A stretch of DNA of 64,000 nucleotides from Eutreptiella sp. 'Long Island Sound 2002' (taxonomy: Eukaryota > Protista > Euglenida). Location: positions 22,940,001 through 23,004,000 of the forward strand of contig OZ038378.1 of the NCBI GenBank assembly GCA_964036045.1. Reading direction: 5' to 3'. The notes beneath the pieces were generated by a model, which did no database searches, was not told where the DNA came from, and saw only the letters and a program-made list of their open reading frames with translations. Positions within the stretch are counted from its first letter, which is position 1. The number at the start of each line of letters is the position of its first letter. Below, in pieces: positions 13,101 through 26,030 of this stretch. A program made the translations under genes and the position numbers.

Positions 13101-16100
13101 TCATATATTCAATACGTCACTCTGCTCTTGTCGGTCCATTTGCTGAGATCCGACTGGGGGAGTCGTTGGCAGTCGTGAGGAGCAGCCCCCCCCCTCTCTG
13201 CTGATGATTTGGTGCCCGTGGGCGCATTTACGGGTGCTCATGTTGGGCACACCTGGGAGCCTGTCTCTTCATCCCCACACCTTTTTGCTTGCAACACTGC
13301 ACTTTCTCAGCCACTACTAGCAGTTATGACGGGCCCCACAATGTGGTATCAAGGGGAGGGGTGGTGGGGGTCATGCAGTGCCGGTTTCTGAAAACTCTAG
13401 CGCAGCGCACTAACCCTCAGCCAGCCGACCTTAAGTGAGTCATCGCAGTGCAAATCATGCATTACCACCACGCACAAGGCATGATGCATTGGCATCAGAT
13501 GGCCCTTGCGGCGCACCACTCACAGACCCCCCCTCCTGAGTGACAAATGACAGGTGACAGATGGATGACCCGCCGCAAAGCCGCCCGGATGGAACCCTTT
13601 TGGGAAAAAGCACCCCTCTATGATATCGGCCTTGAAATGAATGTGCACTGGACAGTGGCATTCTGTGGCCTCACCACATCGGCACCATCACAGCTGCATC
13701 CCCAGACACGGCGCAAGCCACCAGGCATACGCTGAACCCTGCCAAATGGCGTGGTGTCGCAACCATCTGTGGGGTGTGAGGAGGACGCGATCGCAGGAGG
13801 CTGGGAGGGAGGGGTGCATAGACTCGACCCATTGCACGGTGCGTTCACCATCCCACAGGCACCAGCCGGCGTCCATGTGAAAAGCAAACAGCGGATAATG
13901 CTCGCATCATGGGACCCCTGCCGCGCAGAGCCCACAAGACAACCCCCCCAATCACCCGTTTCGATCAGGATATGCAGAACGGACGCACCTCAACTGCACA
14001 GGGACACAGCTGGAGATGAGTCAACGGTGCACAGTGTGCCCCGAAGTCTTCTGCCCCACGGCGGCAGTCTCATGCCACTCCATGCCACTCTTTTCTGTTG
14101 CAGGCACTGACATTAACCCAAACCGATACACATAAACTCCCCCCAAAAGCAAAACGGATGCACCCAAGAAAACAAACCGAACGCACACGGACGGGGGCGC
14201 ACATGGACGCGTCAGGCATGAGCATTCAAGGGCGGATACCTGGTGACCAATCCCACGGCCGGCAGGGTACGCATCAACCCCTTGCTCCTTCGCAAAGGCG
14301 GCGATATTTGCGTACTTCTTGAGATTGGCCTCGGACTTGTTCTGGATGTCGTGGTCCAGCGTAAACACGGGCTGCTGAGGATTGTGGACCTTAATGCCGG
14401 GCTGCAGCGAGACGAACTTCTGCATCACTGCGGCAGTGTTATCATGTGTCATGACGTGCTTTGGCTGGATGGTGACGAAGTCCCCGGCCTGCACACACTC
14501 GCCTGCAAACAGCGGAAGTGTGGTGTCAGAGACCAAAAGGGAAATGCATTCGGAGGAGGGCCTTGTATGGGTCCCACAAACGGAGCTGCGCGATCCATGT
14601 TTCCGAAATCGAGAACCAAGCCAGAAAAGGTGGAGGCGGGGGGGGGGGGGGTCCAGCAGGCCTGTGCCTGAAGGGGTTTTTTTTGGGGGGGGGGGGGGCT
14701 CTGGGACCCAAAAGTTTGTGTACCAAAATGACCCAAACAAATTTGTCCTTCAGAAATTTGTCCTTCAGTAAATTTCATTCTCAGGCACCACACTGCATTC
14801 ACAGACACCATTCCAAATGTGTTCTTCAACAGCGCCCTCGAGCAGATTCCGAGGGCAGAGAACAGTTGTGTTGTGCTTGTGTACCCAATGCTGTACTTAG
14901 GAAGGGGGCAGTGTGATTTGTGTTAGTGCTGTTGCAGTATCGGCTGTCAGTGCTGCTTACAAAAATGTACCAGCCATGAAATTCGTGGATTACAAAGCAC
15001 CCCCCCCCCCCAAAGACCAGGTCAGTAAATAACTAATCTCTGAAAATCAAACAAGTGCCTACACTCAGAAAGACCAACCACAGTCCATGCAGTTGAAACC
15101 CAAACCCTTGGCTTCCCTACATTTGGTGCCCAATCCAAACAAGGTACCAAAAATAATGCGGTCCCGACACTTACTACACCACGGACATTGGGGATGTTGG
15201 CACACAGTGTGGACCAGCGTCCGCCATTGGGGTCACTTTATGAGAACCAACCTCAAAACCACCCAATCACTCAAAACCCATGCAGAGGTCGGAAGCAGCA
15301 GTTAAACCTCAAAAGGCAAATGTATATACTGCACCAGTCACACCTATGGTATCCATGAATATAATTTTGGCGGTTTGATGGGTCGTCCGAATCTTGCAAA
15401 CACGACACATGGCTTTCTACCGTCTGCCCCATGGCGGAGGAGACAGATTCCATGCGGCACTACCGAATCCCCACCTTCACCCCATCTTGGTACTATTCCA
15501 ACTTAAAGGAGCCATGCTCCTCTATCATGGAAATCCGCAACGAATGGAGAGATAGAAACCATGAAGCAAGATGGCCCACACAATGCACCAGGAAACGTAC
15601 TCCCATAGTATCGACACATCACCATCGACAAAGGACGTAGATTGATGTGCAGAAGTGCACTTCAGGTGGTCTATGCCCTCATCACTCTGTCGGCCCAAAT
15701 TTCAGCCACCACAAAGCGAGGGTGCAGGCCGTGGGCTGGTTCCTCGTGGGGACCAGGAAACAGGGGAGCAGACCTTTTGCTGCCCCCACCCCCCCCAACA
15801 GAAATGGGGCCGGACCGAAAGCAGGCCCAGCACCCCCCCCCCCCCCCCCGCATGCCCTCACACCCTCACTGCAGGCCGTCACATGGTGATCCAGGTCCCT
15901 CAGGGAGCGGACGCCGAGCGACAAGTATGTTGGGATCTGGGACCCGCATGGTAACCCAGCAGGTGGTCCTCCTCTCCCACGCAAGTGAACAGGTAGACCC
16001 ATCCACCACCCTACCCCCCCCCCCCCAGCCTGCGCCCCCGACGGGAGGGGTGCACGGAGTCGGCGCCCTCAGGGCCTAAAAAGTGGAGGCTGTGAAGGGC

Positions 16101-17961
16101 TCACAGCTTGACCGCTGTGGGTATCCCTTGAGCGGCCTGCCTAGGGAACCTCCAGGTGTGCACGTGCCCCACCAACTTCATCACAGACGCCTAGGCCAGC
16201 ACAGCCCCGTGCACTCCAGTGCAGTTGTGGGTGACCCCTGGAGGCCAGACAGCCACCAGCCGACCCCTGCCCCCCCCCCCCTTCCTCAACGGAGAGGCCA
16301 TTCGGGTGTGGTGCCCTCTGGGCCCCCTCGTCTACGCGGGCTGTAGCGCCGCAGCCAGTGCAGCCAGCACTGGTGGCACCCAGGGCAGGGAAGCACACTC
16401 TGCGCCTTGGTGCCCCTCCATCTGCCCAGGGTACGCCCTCGGCCGTGGGAGCCGGACCCAGCCCGCGAGGCAGCACCACCTGTGCCTAAGGCAGTCAAGG
16501 AGTGCGGGTCTGACCCCAGTCGTGCCACGTACCACCGCCTTCCCGTGCCAATAGGCAGTCGTGGAGTGGTTGGGTAGCATGTCCTTGTGACGTGGAGGTT
16601 GCGAGCCCAGGCCCACATCTCCCCCGGCGGGCTCAGCGTCAGGCTCTCCAGCCTCCCTGCCGGGGCCTGGAGCACCAGGCACACACTTCCCCGCGCCATG
16701 TGCGCCAACGCCGAACAACAATGGAGCAAGCAGGTGTGCCACAGCCCCCCCCCCCCCCCTCAGACACACAAGGGCACATACACACAGGCACGGCGGCATC
16801 TCCCGCCCGCGAGCGCCACCGCGGGGTCTGGGGGCGGTCAACAGTCCGGTAGGCCTTGTGACCGGACACCCGGGTACGGCCGCCCAGTCGGGTCCCGCAG
16901 GGAAGGCGGCGCGGACCGTGGGTAGGCGACCAGGCGAGGCCTTGACCCAACCCAACCCAACCCAACCCCCCCAAAGACCAGGTCAGTAAATAACTAATCT
17001 CTGAAAATCAAACAAGTGCCTACACTCAGAAAGACCAACCACAGTCCATGCAGTTGAAACCCAAACCCTTGGCTTCCCTACATTTGGTGCCCAATCCAAA
17101 CAAGGTACCAAAAATAATGCGGTCCCGACACTTACTACACCACGGACATTGGGGATGTTGGCACACAGTGTGGACCAGCGTCCGCCATTGGGGTCACTTT
17201 ATGAGAACCAACCTCAAAACCACCCAATCACTCAAAACCCATGCAGAGGTCGGAAGCAGCAGTTAAACCTCAAAAGGCAAATGTATATACTGCACCAGTC
17301 ACACCTATGGTATCCATGAATATAATTTTGGCGGTTTGATGGGTCGTCCGAATCTTGCAAACACGACACATGGCTTTCTACCGTCTGCCCCATGGCGGAG
17401 GAGACAGATTCCATGCGGCACTACCGAATCCCCACCTTCACCCCATCTTGGTACTATTCCAACTTAAAGGAGCCATGCTCCTCTATCATGGAAATCCGCA
17501 ACGAATGGAGAGATAGAAACCATGAAGCAAGATGGCCCACACAATGCACCAGGAAACGTACTCCCATAGTATCGACACATCACCATCGACAAAGGACGTA
17601 GATTGATGTGCAGAAGTGCACTTCAGGTGGTCTATGCCCTCATCACTCTGCATTTCCTTCTGGCTGAAGGGTCCAAAAGGGCTGGATTTATGCACAGTGC
17701 ACACACTTCGGTCACTCAGTCATACAATCACCTGTATACACATGTGCAATACTGAGACAAGCTGACAGACACAGGCACAGAGGAGCATATGACATCACAT
17801 CACAATCCTGGCATACCAGGTCTCAAATTGAGGGCGAACCGTTGGACGATCTTTTCAACGTAATTCTGTGGTTTGGCAGCGGCAGCAGCATACAGGCGGC
17901 AGAACTTGAGCGGCAACAACCTCCCGGCAAAGGGCTTTGGGTGACGAGGAAACGTCAACAT
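801..17961 (-). CDS. LYS4: Homoaconitase (homoaconitate hydratase, alpha-aminoadipate lysine pathway), 8 exons, ~685 aa, probable mitochondrial presequence
   Basis: Exons 17961-17817, 14502-14240, 12422-12168, 11376-11152, 9623-9248, 6054-5762, 3468-3323 and 1155-801 join in phase through GT..AG introns (2058 nt including the stop). The protein has fungal Lys4-type motifs [63 protein letters not shown] (Fe-S cysteines), [40 protein letters not shown] and GLEGW. Confidence 0.95.
3323..3468 (-). CDS. LYS4: Homoaconitase exon 7
   Basis: tttgcag|GAC..GG|gtgtgt; encodes [15 protein letters not shown]...GDVLVG. Confidence 0.95.
4440..5150 (-). pseudogene. Possible decayed non-LTR retrotransposon RT/thumb remnant in homoaconitase intron 6
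   Basis: Fragmented minus-strand frames with a GLGLP motif ([13 protein letters not shown]), resembling the GGLGL motif after the LINE RT. Many stops and frameshifts. Confidence 0.3.
5762..6054 (-). CDS. LYS4: Homoaconitase exon 6
   Basis: ctgcag|GA..CAG|gtgtgc; encodes [25 protein letters not shown]...FCHQ. Confidence 0.95.
9248..9623 (-). CDS. LYS4: Homoaconitase exon 5
   Basis: gtcgtag|GCT..ATAG|gttcgt; encodes ADPDAYYAK...SCTNSR...GCGPCI. Confidence 0.92.
11152..11376 (-). CDS. LYS4: Homoaconitase exon 4
   Basis: tttcag|GTG..GAG|gtacgt; encodes [10 protein letters not shown]...[10 protein letters not shown]. Confidence 0.93.
12168..12422 (-). CDS. LYS4: Homoaconitase exon 3
   Basis: catcag|GTG..GAG|gtatag; encodes VMVEEGY...ASDSHSN...GLFNKDE. 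Confidence 0.95.
14240..14502 (-). CDS. LYS4: Homoaconitase exon 2
   Basis: tttgcag|GC..CAG|gtatcc; encodes [16 protein letters not shown]...GRGIGHQ. Confidence 0.93.
15011..15689. repeat. Direct repeat copy 1 (~680 bp)
   Basis: Runs caaagaccaggtcag...catcactctg and recurs at offset +1961. All three ORF-track translations inside it are identical between the copies. Confidence 0.92.
15690..16965 (-). mobile_element. GC-rich decayed LINE-like fragment between the direct repeats
   Basis: Sharp GC increase relative to the flanks. Minus frames include [13 protein letters not shown] and [11 protein letters not shown], which resemble post-RT regions of non-LTR ORF2. The right end carries (cccaa)n. 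Confidence 0.4.
16972..17650. repeat. Direct repeat copy 2 (~680 bp)
   Basis: Apparently identical to 15011-15689. Confidence 0.92.
17817..17961 (-). CDS. LYS4: Homoaconitase exon 1 (Arg/Leu-rich presequence plus [18 protein letters not shown])
   Basis: ATG at 17961 and donor CCTG|gtatgc. The N-terminus [25 protein letters not shown] has no acidic residues. The start codon is less certain than the 3' boundary. Confidence 0.8.
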
Positions 17962-20566
17962 AATATGAAGCAAAACAGTGTTCCCTCCAAATAGAAAGCG
18001 TGCCATGGGCATACCTGCCAGCCCTGCTTCCCTATTGCACATTATGCATAGCAGCCACACGAATCTGTGTTTAGGATGGCCTACAAAGGCAGCCAAAGAG
18101 TTGTCCAGTGGACAGGCAATGCAGTGAAAAAAAACAGATGAGCACATTGCTCGCAAACAACCTATGTCTACCCCTGCAAAGATCAAGTGCAACATCATCC
18201 CTGTTCCTGTGGAAGCGAAAGGCACCAAATGCGAGCAATAAGGCAGGGCACTTTTTTGTCAAATGTGTTTGGTTGGCGGGTGACCCTGGTCGATATCCCC
18301 CAGGTTGGGTGGTATGCACAGATGCCGTCACCAAGCTGATCTGTGTGCTAAAACTGTTTGCAGGTGGGGATGTGGACTTACACATGACATGCGGAATGGA
18401 ACGAAAACGGACAGAAGCAAAGCAACAAATGTTCTGGGCTTGCTGCTGCTGGGGTTCACCAAACGTAGCCCATTGCTTCACACGTCAAATGCAGTGCCGT
18501 AGATAGCACCCCTTCTGGTAATCATTGCACAGAAACTATGCTGCTACTTATCAACACAGCCAACAAATCCATGCAGGATGCCAAGCGTGCACAGGCTTCA
18601 GCAACAAGGTCATAGCAGCCAGCGTTAAGCCAAATTTACCAAAGTTCCTGGATGCCTTGTTTGGATTCCTAAGTCGTTTCAGGGTCAATGCCAGTGATTC
18701 CAGGGCCGTGGACATTCTGGGTGTGGTGCTTTTTGTGGTGCTTGTTGTTATTTTTGACTTCGTTGTAGCACCAGTTCCAACAATAGTTGCCTTGCGGAAA
18801 AGCATAGGGTGTTGTTAACAGTAGATGCAAAACCTGTCACTTCACTTTGCTTGTGGTGCTCCTCCTCATGCAGCACAATGAAGAGGAGGCAAATCTACAT
18901 TGGCAATGTTTTTGCACTGTCTGCATATTCTGTAAATCCCACCAGACCCACCCAAAAGCACCCACGACCTCTGTACAACAGGGCAAAGCAGCAAGAGAAA
19001 CAGGTATAATATTTTGCTGTCTCCGACCTTGCAGGATGTGCAGGTGTTTAGTTGGCAACTGCCACACTCATATATCACCTGGGCGGTGCTCACACAATTG
19101 GCAACATGCAGCATCATTATTTTCTTCATCCTCTGTGGAGGCTTCCTCTTAGAGGCAGCTTGTAGGAAAGGGCCAAAACTAGGGTGTGAGTAATTGCCGA
19201 CATACAAAACTTTGCACCATGGACACACTGCATGAACAACATTCCCACTAATAAAATATACAGAAAATGCAACAACGATATTCTCAAACATAATATTTTG
19301 CCGCACCAAAATTCTATGAAGTTGTAGACTGTGCAGAATTGCAAACACATGCCAATTGACCTACACATTTCGCCCATTAGGGTATATGATGCATTTTTGG
19401 GAATTGGAGAGCAAACGTGTTACCACAAGTGCTGCCACTAATAATTCTACCTTGCCCAGCTCTGGAGCCGATGTAATTCACAACTCTTGGCCCAAAATGA
19501 AATTGCAGGTGCTTGGAGGAGGAGGATATGTGAGACTGAGCAGTGGGAACCATTTCGTTCTAGTTCCGCTGCCATTGCATGTATGGTGGCGTCTGCTCCA
19601 ATTTTCTGTGGGGCCGGTGCAGAGTAGATATCCTGTATGCCCTGAGGTACGGGTGGTGTGGTTGTGATTGTGCCCCGCCCCCTCCCCCTGTGCGTGTCCC
19701 GAACGGTTCGAGATTCCTATTCCTCTGAACCCTGGGGCATGTGAAGCAAGAAGAGCAATAAATCTTGCAGTGGTCTTCATGATGGGCAAGTGCTGCAATG
19801 TTACCTGCAGTCCTACTAATACACAGCCAAATATTGCACAACAGTATTTTACGAAAAGCACTGGGCAGAAATGGTGCCCAGTGCTCCCTTCCCCCGTGCT
19901 CAATTACCTGCGAATTCCGCTGGCTGCGCCCCCCAACCCCCTCCCCGGCGGTTGACAATGTCCAAGGTTAACAAATCCAAGGTTAAAATGCTGTCTGATC
20001 TGGGAATCGTCGTTGGACCAGGCGGTCCTTGCACAAGGGAGGCATCTCCTCTGTCCATCACTCAAATGCCTTTTGTTGCTTGTTCCTTACACGAAGATTG
20101 CATGGGTTGAAGAGGCTTGAAGAGGATGACAGCATTGGAAAAAGCTACGCTGAGCAGTTTGGACAGGGTTAGAGCAGGTTGAGAAAACTGTAGTAGATGG
20201 TGAGCGGGATGCACAACTGAGTGGAGCGCTGAAGAGAATTGCGGGTTACCAGGCAGGAGAGGTTTAGCAAGGATTGCAGCCGAAGGCATTATCCAGGGTC
20301 AAACTGTACGCTGTAGATCCACACTGTTAGACGACTCTGGTGTGTGCTTCAGTTAGGGTGAGGAGAAGGGTGCAGAGGTTTGGGGTCGCAGGCAACCTGA
20401 GGTTCAACAGAGAATTTGCAATTGCTTGTGGGCCATGCAGTCACTCTTCTCAATGAAGGTGAAAATGGGATCCAGGGATGCACATGTTCATCCACAGTCA
20501 GAAACTCGGGGAGGCATGTGCCTCCCCAAGGGCGAGGCACATGCCTGCCCAGCACGAGTGAGGTCA

Positions 20567-23500
20567 TCAATGCCGCAATAGCCCTGCACCCTTATCAACG
20601 CACTGCAACAGGTCTTGTGGCAGTGATCCGTGCTTCTCGCTGCCATCAACGTGCAGACTGTACAGTCGCTCCCCAGGCACACCGTAAATGTAGGTTCCAA
20701 AGATGGAGTGCACGTGGGACCTGCGGATCGGACGGGAAGTGGTGTTTGTAGGGGGCACAGGTAAATGCCAAGAGGGGGCACTTTGGGACGGGGGGAAGGG
20801 GGTTTGCTGCCATTTTTGCTCGAAGTGGATCAACAAGGGTCTCCGCAGCCCTGAGCCCCTAAATCCAGAGGGAGAAATGGCAGTGATGGCCTTGATGACC
20901 TGCCCTTCCCCCAAAATAAGTGGTGACCACGCCAGGGCCATGGGGGGGCTTCTCCACATTCATTGACAGGGCAGTGCCGGTGGGGGGAGTGGACACAAAG
21001 GTGAATGTGCGCCGCGCTGTGCACATCGAAGATGAAAAGGTACGCGCATGGCCGCGAAGGCTGGGGGACACATCCCAAGGCCCAACACATGCCTCACACG
21101 TGACAATAGCCTGCGGTAAGACACATGGGGCACGGTTTCCGTTGGACACAGAGGCACAAGGGGACAGACACAGGGGCACAGGCGAGGGGACGACCAGTTC
21201 TTTGACTGGGCATACTCCGCATTCCAGAGCTTGTTCAGGAAGCATTCCATGTAAAACCCATTCTTACACATCTTCTTCTTCCGATCCTCTGCCACTGCAG
21301 TACGGGACAGGCACGTGCACCAGATAGGGCTGCGGCTGATACTACAACTGGTGGAAAGGGCTAGAAAGGGGGCAGACACGGGGGGGGGGGGGGTTGGAAA
21401 ATGCCCCCCCGCTCTCGTCCAGACGTGGATTGGGTGGCTCACCTGATGCACTTCTGCCGGTAAAGACATCCAGCACCAATTTTCAATTTGGTTCTTCGGG
21501 CAGACGGGCATAACTTGTGGGGCCTCTGGAAGACTTCCATGTTTCAAAGCCATTCACCACATGCCGGCTGAAAGAGATTTTTCTGGGCAAATGCACAACT
21601 CGTACTAGTACTGGTACTGGTAATCACTGGTAACCGCACCAAAAACAATGTCAACACATGACTCTGAGGCTCATGGAGGTTTTTGCCCAACACAATGGGC
21701 GACGGACGCAGTGCCACAATCAACAGCTGCTGCTGCTGCCAAATTGGAAATCTGGCCCAAACTTGCAGATCATGTGCCTCCCACTGACCCAGTGAAATGC
21801 TCGCCACTGCATTGTGGATGGCTCTGCTGGACAGGCCGCGGGAGGGGGAGGTGAGGACTACCCTGTGCGACACCGCCCCATGAGACGCGCACTCCGGAAC
21901 CCTCTGCCCTGGCCCCTACAAGACCGCAGGCACCCCGGAACGTACGTGGCAGGGGAGGGGGGGGGAGGTCTGTGGGGCATGTCCGCTTAAGCGGCTTTGA
22001 GCACCACGCACTCCCCTGACATCCGGCCGCAATGCGGGCGGGCGCACCTCCATTTCCGGTACAAACTCCTGGTCCGGGGCCCCCGCGCCGGTACGCCTGC
22101 GCACAAGATGACTTTCTACGGTCGCCATTGCAGAGAACATGACGTGAGTGGGCCTCGAAGAAATGCGTTTTTGTGGACCCTTTGCGACTGGAAATCTGTT
22201 GCTCTCTGCGGCGGGGGCGGAGGGAGAAGTGGCTGCCTACGAAAACGGACCGGCTTCTTCAGATGCAGCACACGGCGGTGCCAGCCACCCCTCTTTGGAC
22301 GTTCTATTCCACAAGAAATGAAGATGATTGCGGATCGGCGAGTCTCCCCTTCCAACGAACAACGACGCCCCCCTCACCCCCCGCCCTCATTTCCCTCCTG
22401 CAATCTTCCTCTTCCATTTCCAGACAGTCGCTGCAGAACGGGGCTGGCGGACAGTCGGAACCTCAGCTGTAAAGCGTGTGTGGCATGCGCACGACGTGTT
22501 TGGTGTGCAGCACACCATTGTCGATGGCTGGCATCACAAAATCGCGGTAGTAGTCGGTGCGCGCCATGTGGTTCTGGTCACTCCATCCTTCGGTCCGGAT
22601 CAGGGGCACGAAGGAGGGATGGGGAATTAGCAGGTCCATATTGCAGTCGAACGCCGTGGGGGTGTTGGGGTGTGTGTTAAACCTGCAGAAATGGAACACG
22701 GTGAGGGCTGCGGGGACAAGCGGTCCTCCAAAGAGGCAGTGTGCCTGGGCACACAGGCACATGCACGCTGGCTCGGAAGGCAGAGAATTCCAATCATTCG
22801 ATGGAAGATGCGGGAAGAGCACTGGCGGGGCCGTGCGCCAAGGCGCTGGGATGTGCACAGGGCTTTGCGAAGGGGATGCAGGTGCATGCACGTGTGCAGT
22901 GCCAGGCCTTGAGGGCAGCGAGTTCCGCATGCTGCCGCCCGAGCGCGGCCATGTTTCATCCGTCGACGGACAAGAGTCCGCCCCCGCAGCCTAACCCCAA
23001 ACGTGCCTTCCCCACTGATCTGTCTTCCTGCCCTGTGGCGGCGTTGTGGCACGCCCAGGGGCCCCCAGGCCGCAGTATTTGACACAAAAGGCGGTGATGG
23101 TGGAGGCTGCTGGGAGGTGTGGTCCTCGGCGCGGCAACCGCAGGGTCGACCAGACGTACGCCCTCCTCTTGAGGCCTTCGGGTTGTGCCTTACATTGGGA
23201 GGCATGCAGTGCAACCGGCAGGTTCTGGGGGGGTCTGAGCCGTGCCTTGTCTCGGAGGGGCCGGGACAGACATACCTATGGCACGTCGGTACATGTTCCC
23301 TTGAGTCACTTGTGGACTCGGACTGGTGTGGGCACTTTCGGGGGGTACAAGGCGGGGAGGGCGCCGCACCCCCCACTACCTCGTTCGCACCAATGCCAAG
23401 GGAACTGGTGGCCAATGCAGTGGGGTTAGGCAATGCTGCTTCACCATGACAGACCGAAAGACAAGGGGTTGGGAGGGAGAGGGGGGACAGCAGGTGATGC

Positions 23501-24617
23501 GCAAGAAATGCAGGAAACGGGCGCGGAGGACCTGATGTGTTTGATACTTGGGTTGGCTTCTAATGTGCGAAGCGTTTGCAATGCATCAATGGGACGGGCA
23601 AAGGGCAGGTCCTGCTGCAGCACTAAGACAAATGGGGTCGTGACAGCCTTCATCGCCACACGGATGCTGCCTGTGGACAGTGCGATGGCAGCAGTCAAAT
23701 ATGAGTCGAATACGCACCAGCCCAAGCACAGACAGACAATTGCCACCACCCCCACCCACCCACACACCCACACACCCACCCACACACACATGCACACATA
23801 CCTATCAAGTGGCCATGATCCCTGAGCTCCAATAAGTCCATGTTTAGGCACAACGGGTTGTTGTCCATGCAGCTGCGCAGGCGCTTCTTAAACGCTTGGT
23901 ACCTGAAGAACATCCGACGCCTCTGTGTCCCGTCCCGAGCAGTAGAGGTTCGACCTTCGAGGTTGGGCCGAGCATGCACCGCACTTTGCTCTGCACTTTG
24001 CAGCGCGCATCATGCGCGCTGCATCTAATGCGACATAACTTGGCAGAACAAGCAAACACATGGTCTGACTGTCCAGCAGCACAGCAGCCGTCCGGCACCC
24101 GTCTGCACAGCCTCTCAAAATATTACGGAGCGGACCATTGCATTCCAGCCGCATTGAGGAAGCGGGGCTCAACTTAGCCTCCTCGAGCTCGGTTACTGCT
24201 CTGATCACTACGTGCCCAGTCCCCAACCTAACGTCGTCGGATTTGGATTGCATTTTGTACAGCCTCGCGCTGAAATGATCCGCTGGGTCGCTGCCAAAGG
24301 CCTGTCCCAAAAGCCCCCATCTGCAGCCTTGGCCGCACCTGACGTGCACAAGAACTCCCACTCCACACACACCCTCCAATCCTTACATCCCTGCATCACA
24401 CCGCTCCTGCCGCTCCACAGTCAGTGTAGGTTTGTGGTGATCGAGCACCAGAAGCCTTTTGCATTGCCTCAGATCGGGCATCTGCCACAGACTTTGCAGG
24501 ACCCACGTCAGCAGCGTGGTGCTTGGGTTACTGGGGATGGGCGCGGCTGTGATCACAATTGTCAAGCGGTCTGCGATGTACTGTGACACACTGTCATCCT
24601 GGACAGTGTGACAAACA
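20567..24617 (-). CDS. Spliced putative glycosyltransferase-like (GT-A-like) protein, second domain copy
   Basis: Exons 24598(or 24617)-24402, 23902-23802, 23670-23532, 22682-22516, 21294-21195 and 20720-20567(or 20590) join in phase via GT..AG. The joined protein reads LTIVITAAPIPSNPST..VLQSL..LLVLD..YQAFKKRLR..HGHLIGSIRVAMKAVTTPFVLVLQQDLPF..IRFN..WSDQNHMARTDYYRDFV..GFYME..FGTYIYG..SLHVDG. The GT function is inferred from recalled family motifs. Confidence 0.75.
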
Positions 24618-24699
24618 CTTGCAGTCAAACAGGCAGTCGGGAGACTGTGGTGTGTTCTAACGCGGCCTTGTGGCGTGTTGTGGTGTGACGTGGTATCAT

Positions 24700-25149
24700 T
24701 TGGTCTGGTCTGATGCAACGTGGTCTGGCGTGCTATGACGTGATTTAGACTGGTGTGGAGTGGCGTGGTGTGTTGTGTTGTGGTGTGGTATGGTGTGGTG
24801 TTCTTTTGTGCGGTGTGGTCTGGCGTGCCGTGCCGTGCCGTGGTGTGGTGTGGTGTGATGGTGTTTCGCATGTTTTGGCACAGTGACATTGGTTTGTGGA
24901 AGGCGATGTGGGTCCAGTGTGCATGGCGTGCCATGCCCTGCCGTACACCGCATGGTGCACTGTGGTGCGTGACGTGGTTTGGTTGGCGTGACAACGTGTG
25001 AAATTGGGTGCTGTTGTGTGTTGTGGGCTCGTCTGTTGCTGTGCAGTCTGGTGTAGCATCCATCAATCACAACATGCAAAATGGCACCGCACCACACAAT
25101 GTCATAACACTGCATTACACAATGCCATAACACTGCATCACACAATGCC
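24700..25149. repeat. Degenerate pentamer microsatellite (TGTGG/CACAC-like)
   Basis: Decayed gtgtg/gtggt then cacaa/cacac pentamers adjoining the perfect array. Confidence 0.7.
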
Positions 25150-26030
25150 AACACAACACAACACAACACAACACAACACAACACAACACAACACAACACA
25201 ACACAACACAACACAACACAACACAACACAACACAACACAACACGGCGCGACACAACGCAACATCAGACCATACTACACCACACCTCATTACACCACACC
25301 ACACCACACCACACCACACCACACCACACCACACCACACCACACCACACCACAACACACCACACCACACCACACCACACCACACCACACCACACCACACC
25401 ACACCACACCACACCACACCACACCACACCACACCACACCACACCACACCACACCACACCACACCACACCACACCACACCACACCACACCACACCACACC
25501 TCTGAGTACTCCCCAGCTCTACCCATGGGCTGGGTGCCGGGTGCGAAGCCCCGGACGACAGGGCCCGGGCACTGCCAATAGGCGGTGTACTAACAGTGTC
25601 GGGTGCGCGCACGTCCCAGTGCCAAGCACCATCCCCAGGGACCCCGCGGCCCCTAGTACCGGCCGCCTCGGCCCTGGGAACGGTCAGCGACCCCCAGTAG
25701 AGGACGGCTGACCTAGCCTCCCCCTCCTCTCCTCCCCTACGCGCCCGCCCACGCACCGGGCCCACACTGGAGCCCAAACATGCGCCCCCCCTCGCGCTCC
25801 TGCCCCAGCCCCCCCCCCCCCCCCCCGCAGCCGCCCCCGCGCACGCCCTAGTGGCCCCTCCCCCCTGCACTGCCTCCTCTCCTCACCCCCTGCTGCCACG
25901 CCCGCCCCAGAAGCCTCCCTAACCCTGCCCCTCTTGCAGGCTGGCAGCGCCCGTGCGGCGCGCCCCCAGGGCCCCGCATCGGCGGCCGGCCGCGTGGGAG
26001 TATCAGCCGACACCGAGGAGGCCCCCATGC
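25150..26030 (-). mobile_element. 3' part of an element ending in a compound (TGTGG)n-linker-(TGTTG)n tail, copy 1
   Basis: Tail at 25150-25500. The adjacent ~300 bp (ctgagtactcc..acccatgggctgggtgccgggtgcgaagcccc..) is homologous to 34739-35040. Confidence 0.7.

Noticed and set aside
801-24617. Euglenid nonconventional introns or a spliced-leader gene
   Set aside because: All the exon joins I could resolve use GT..AG, and I recognised no spliced-leader sequence
24696-25711. Long ORFs of VVWCG/HHTTP repeats (also 33975-35042)
   Set aside because: These are translations of pentamer microsatellites
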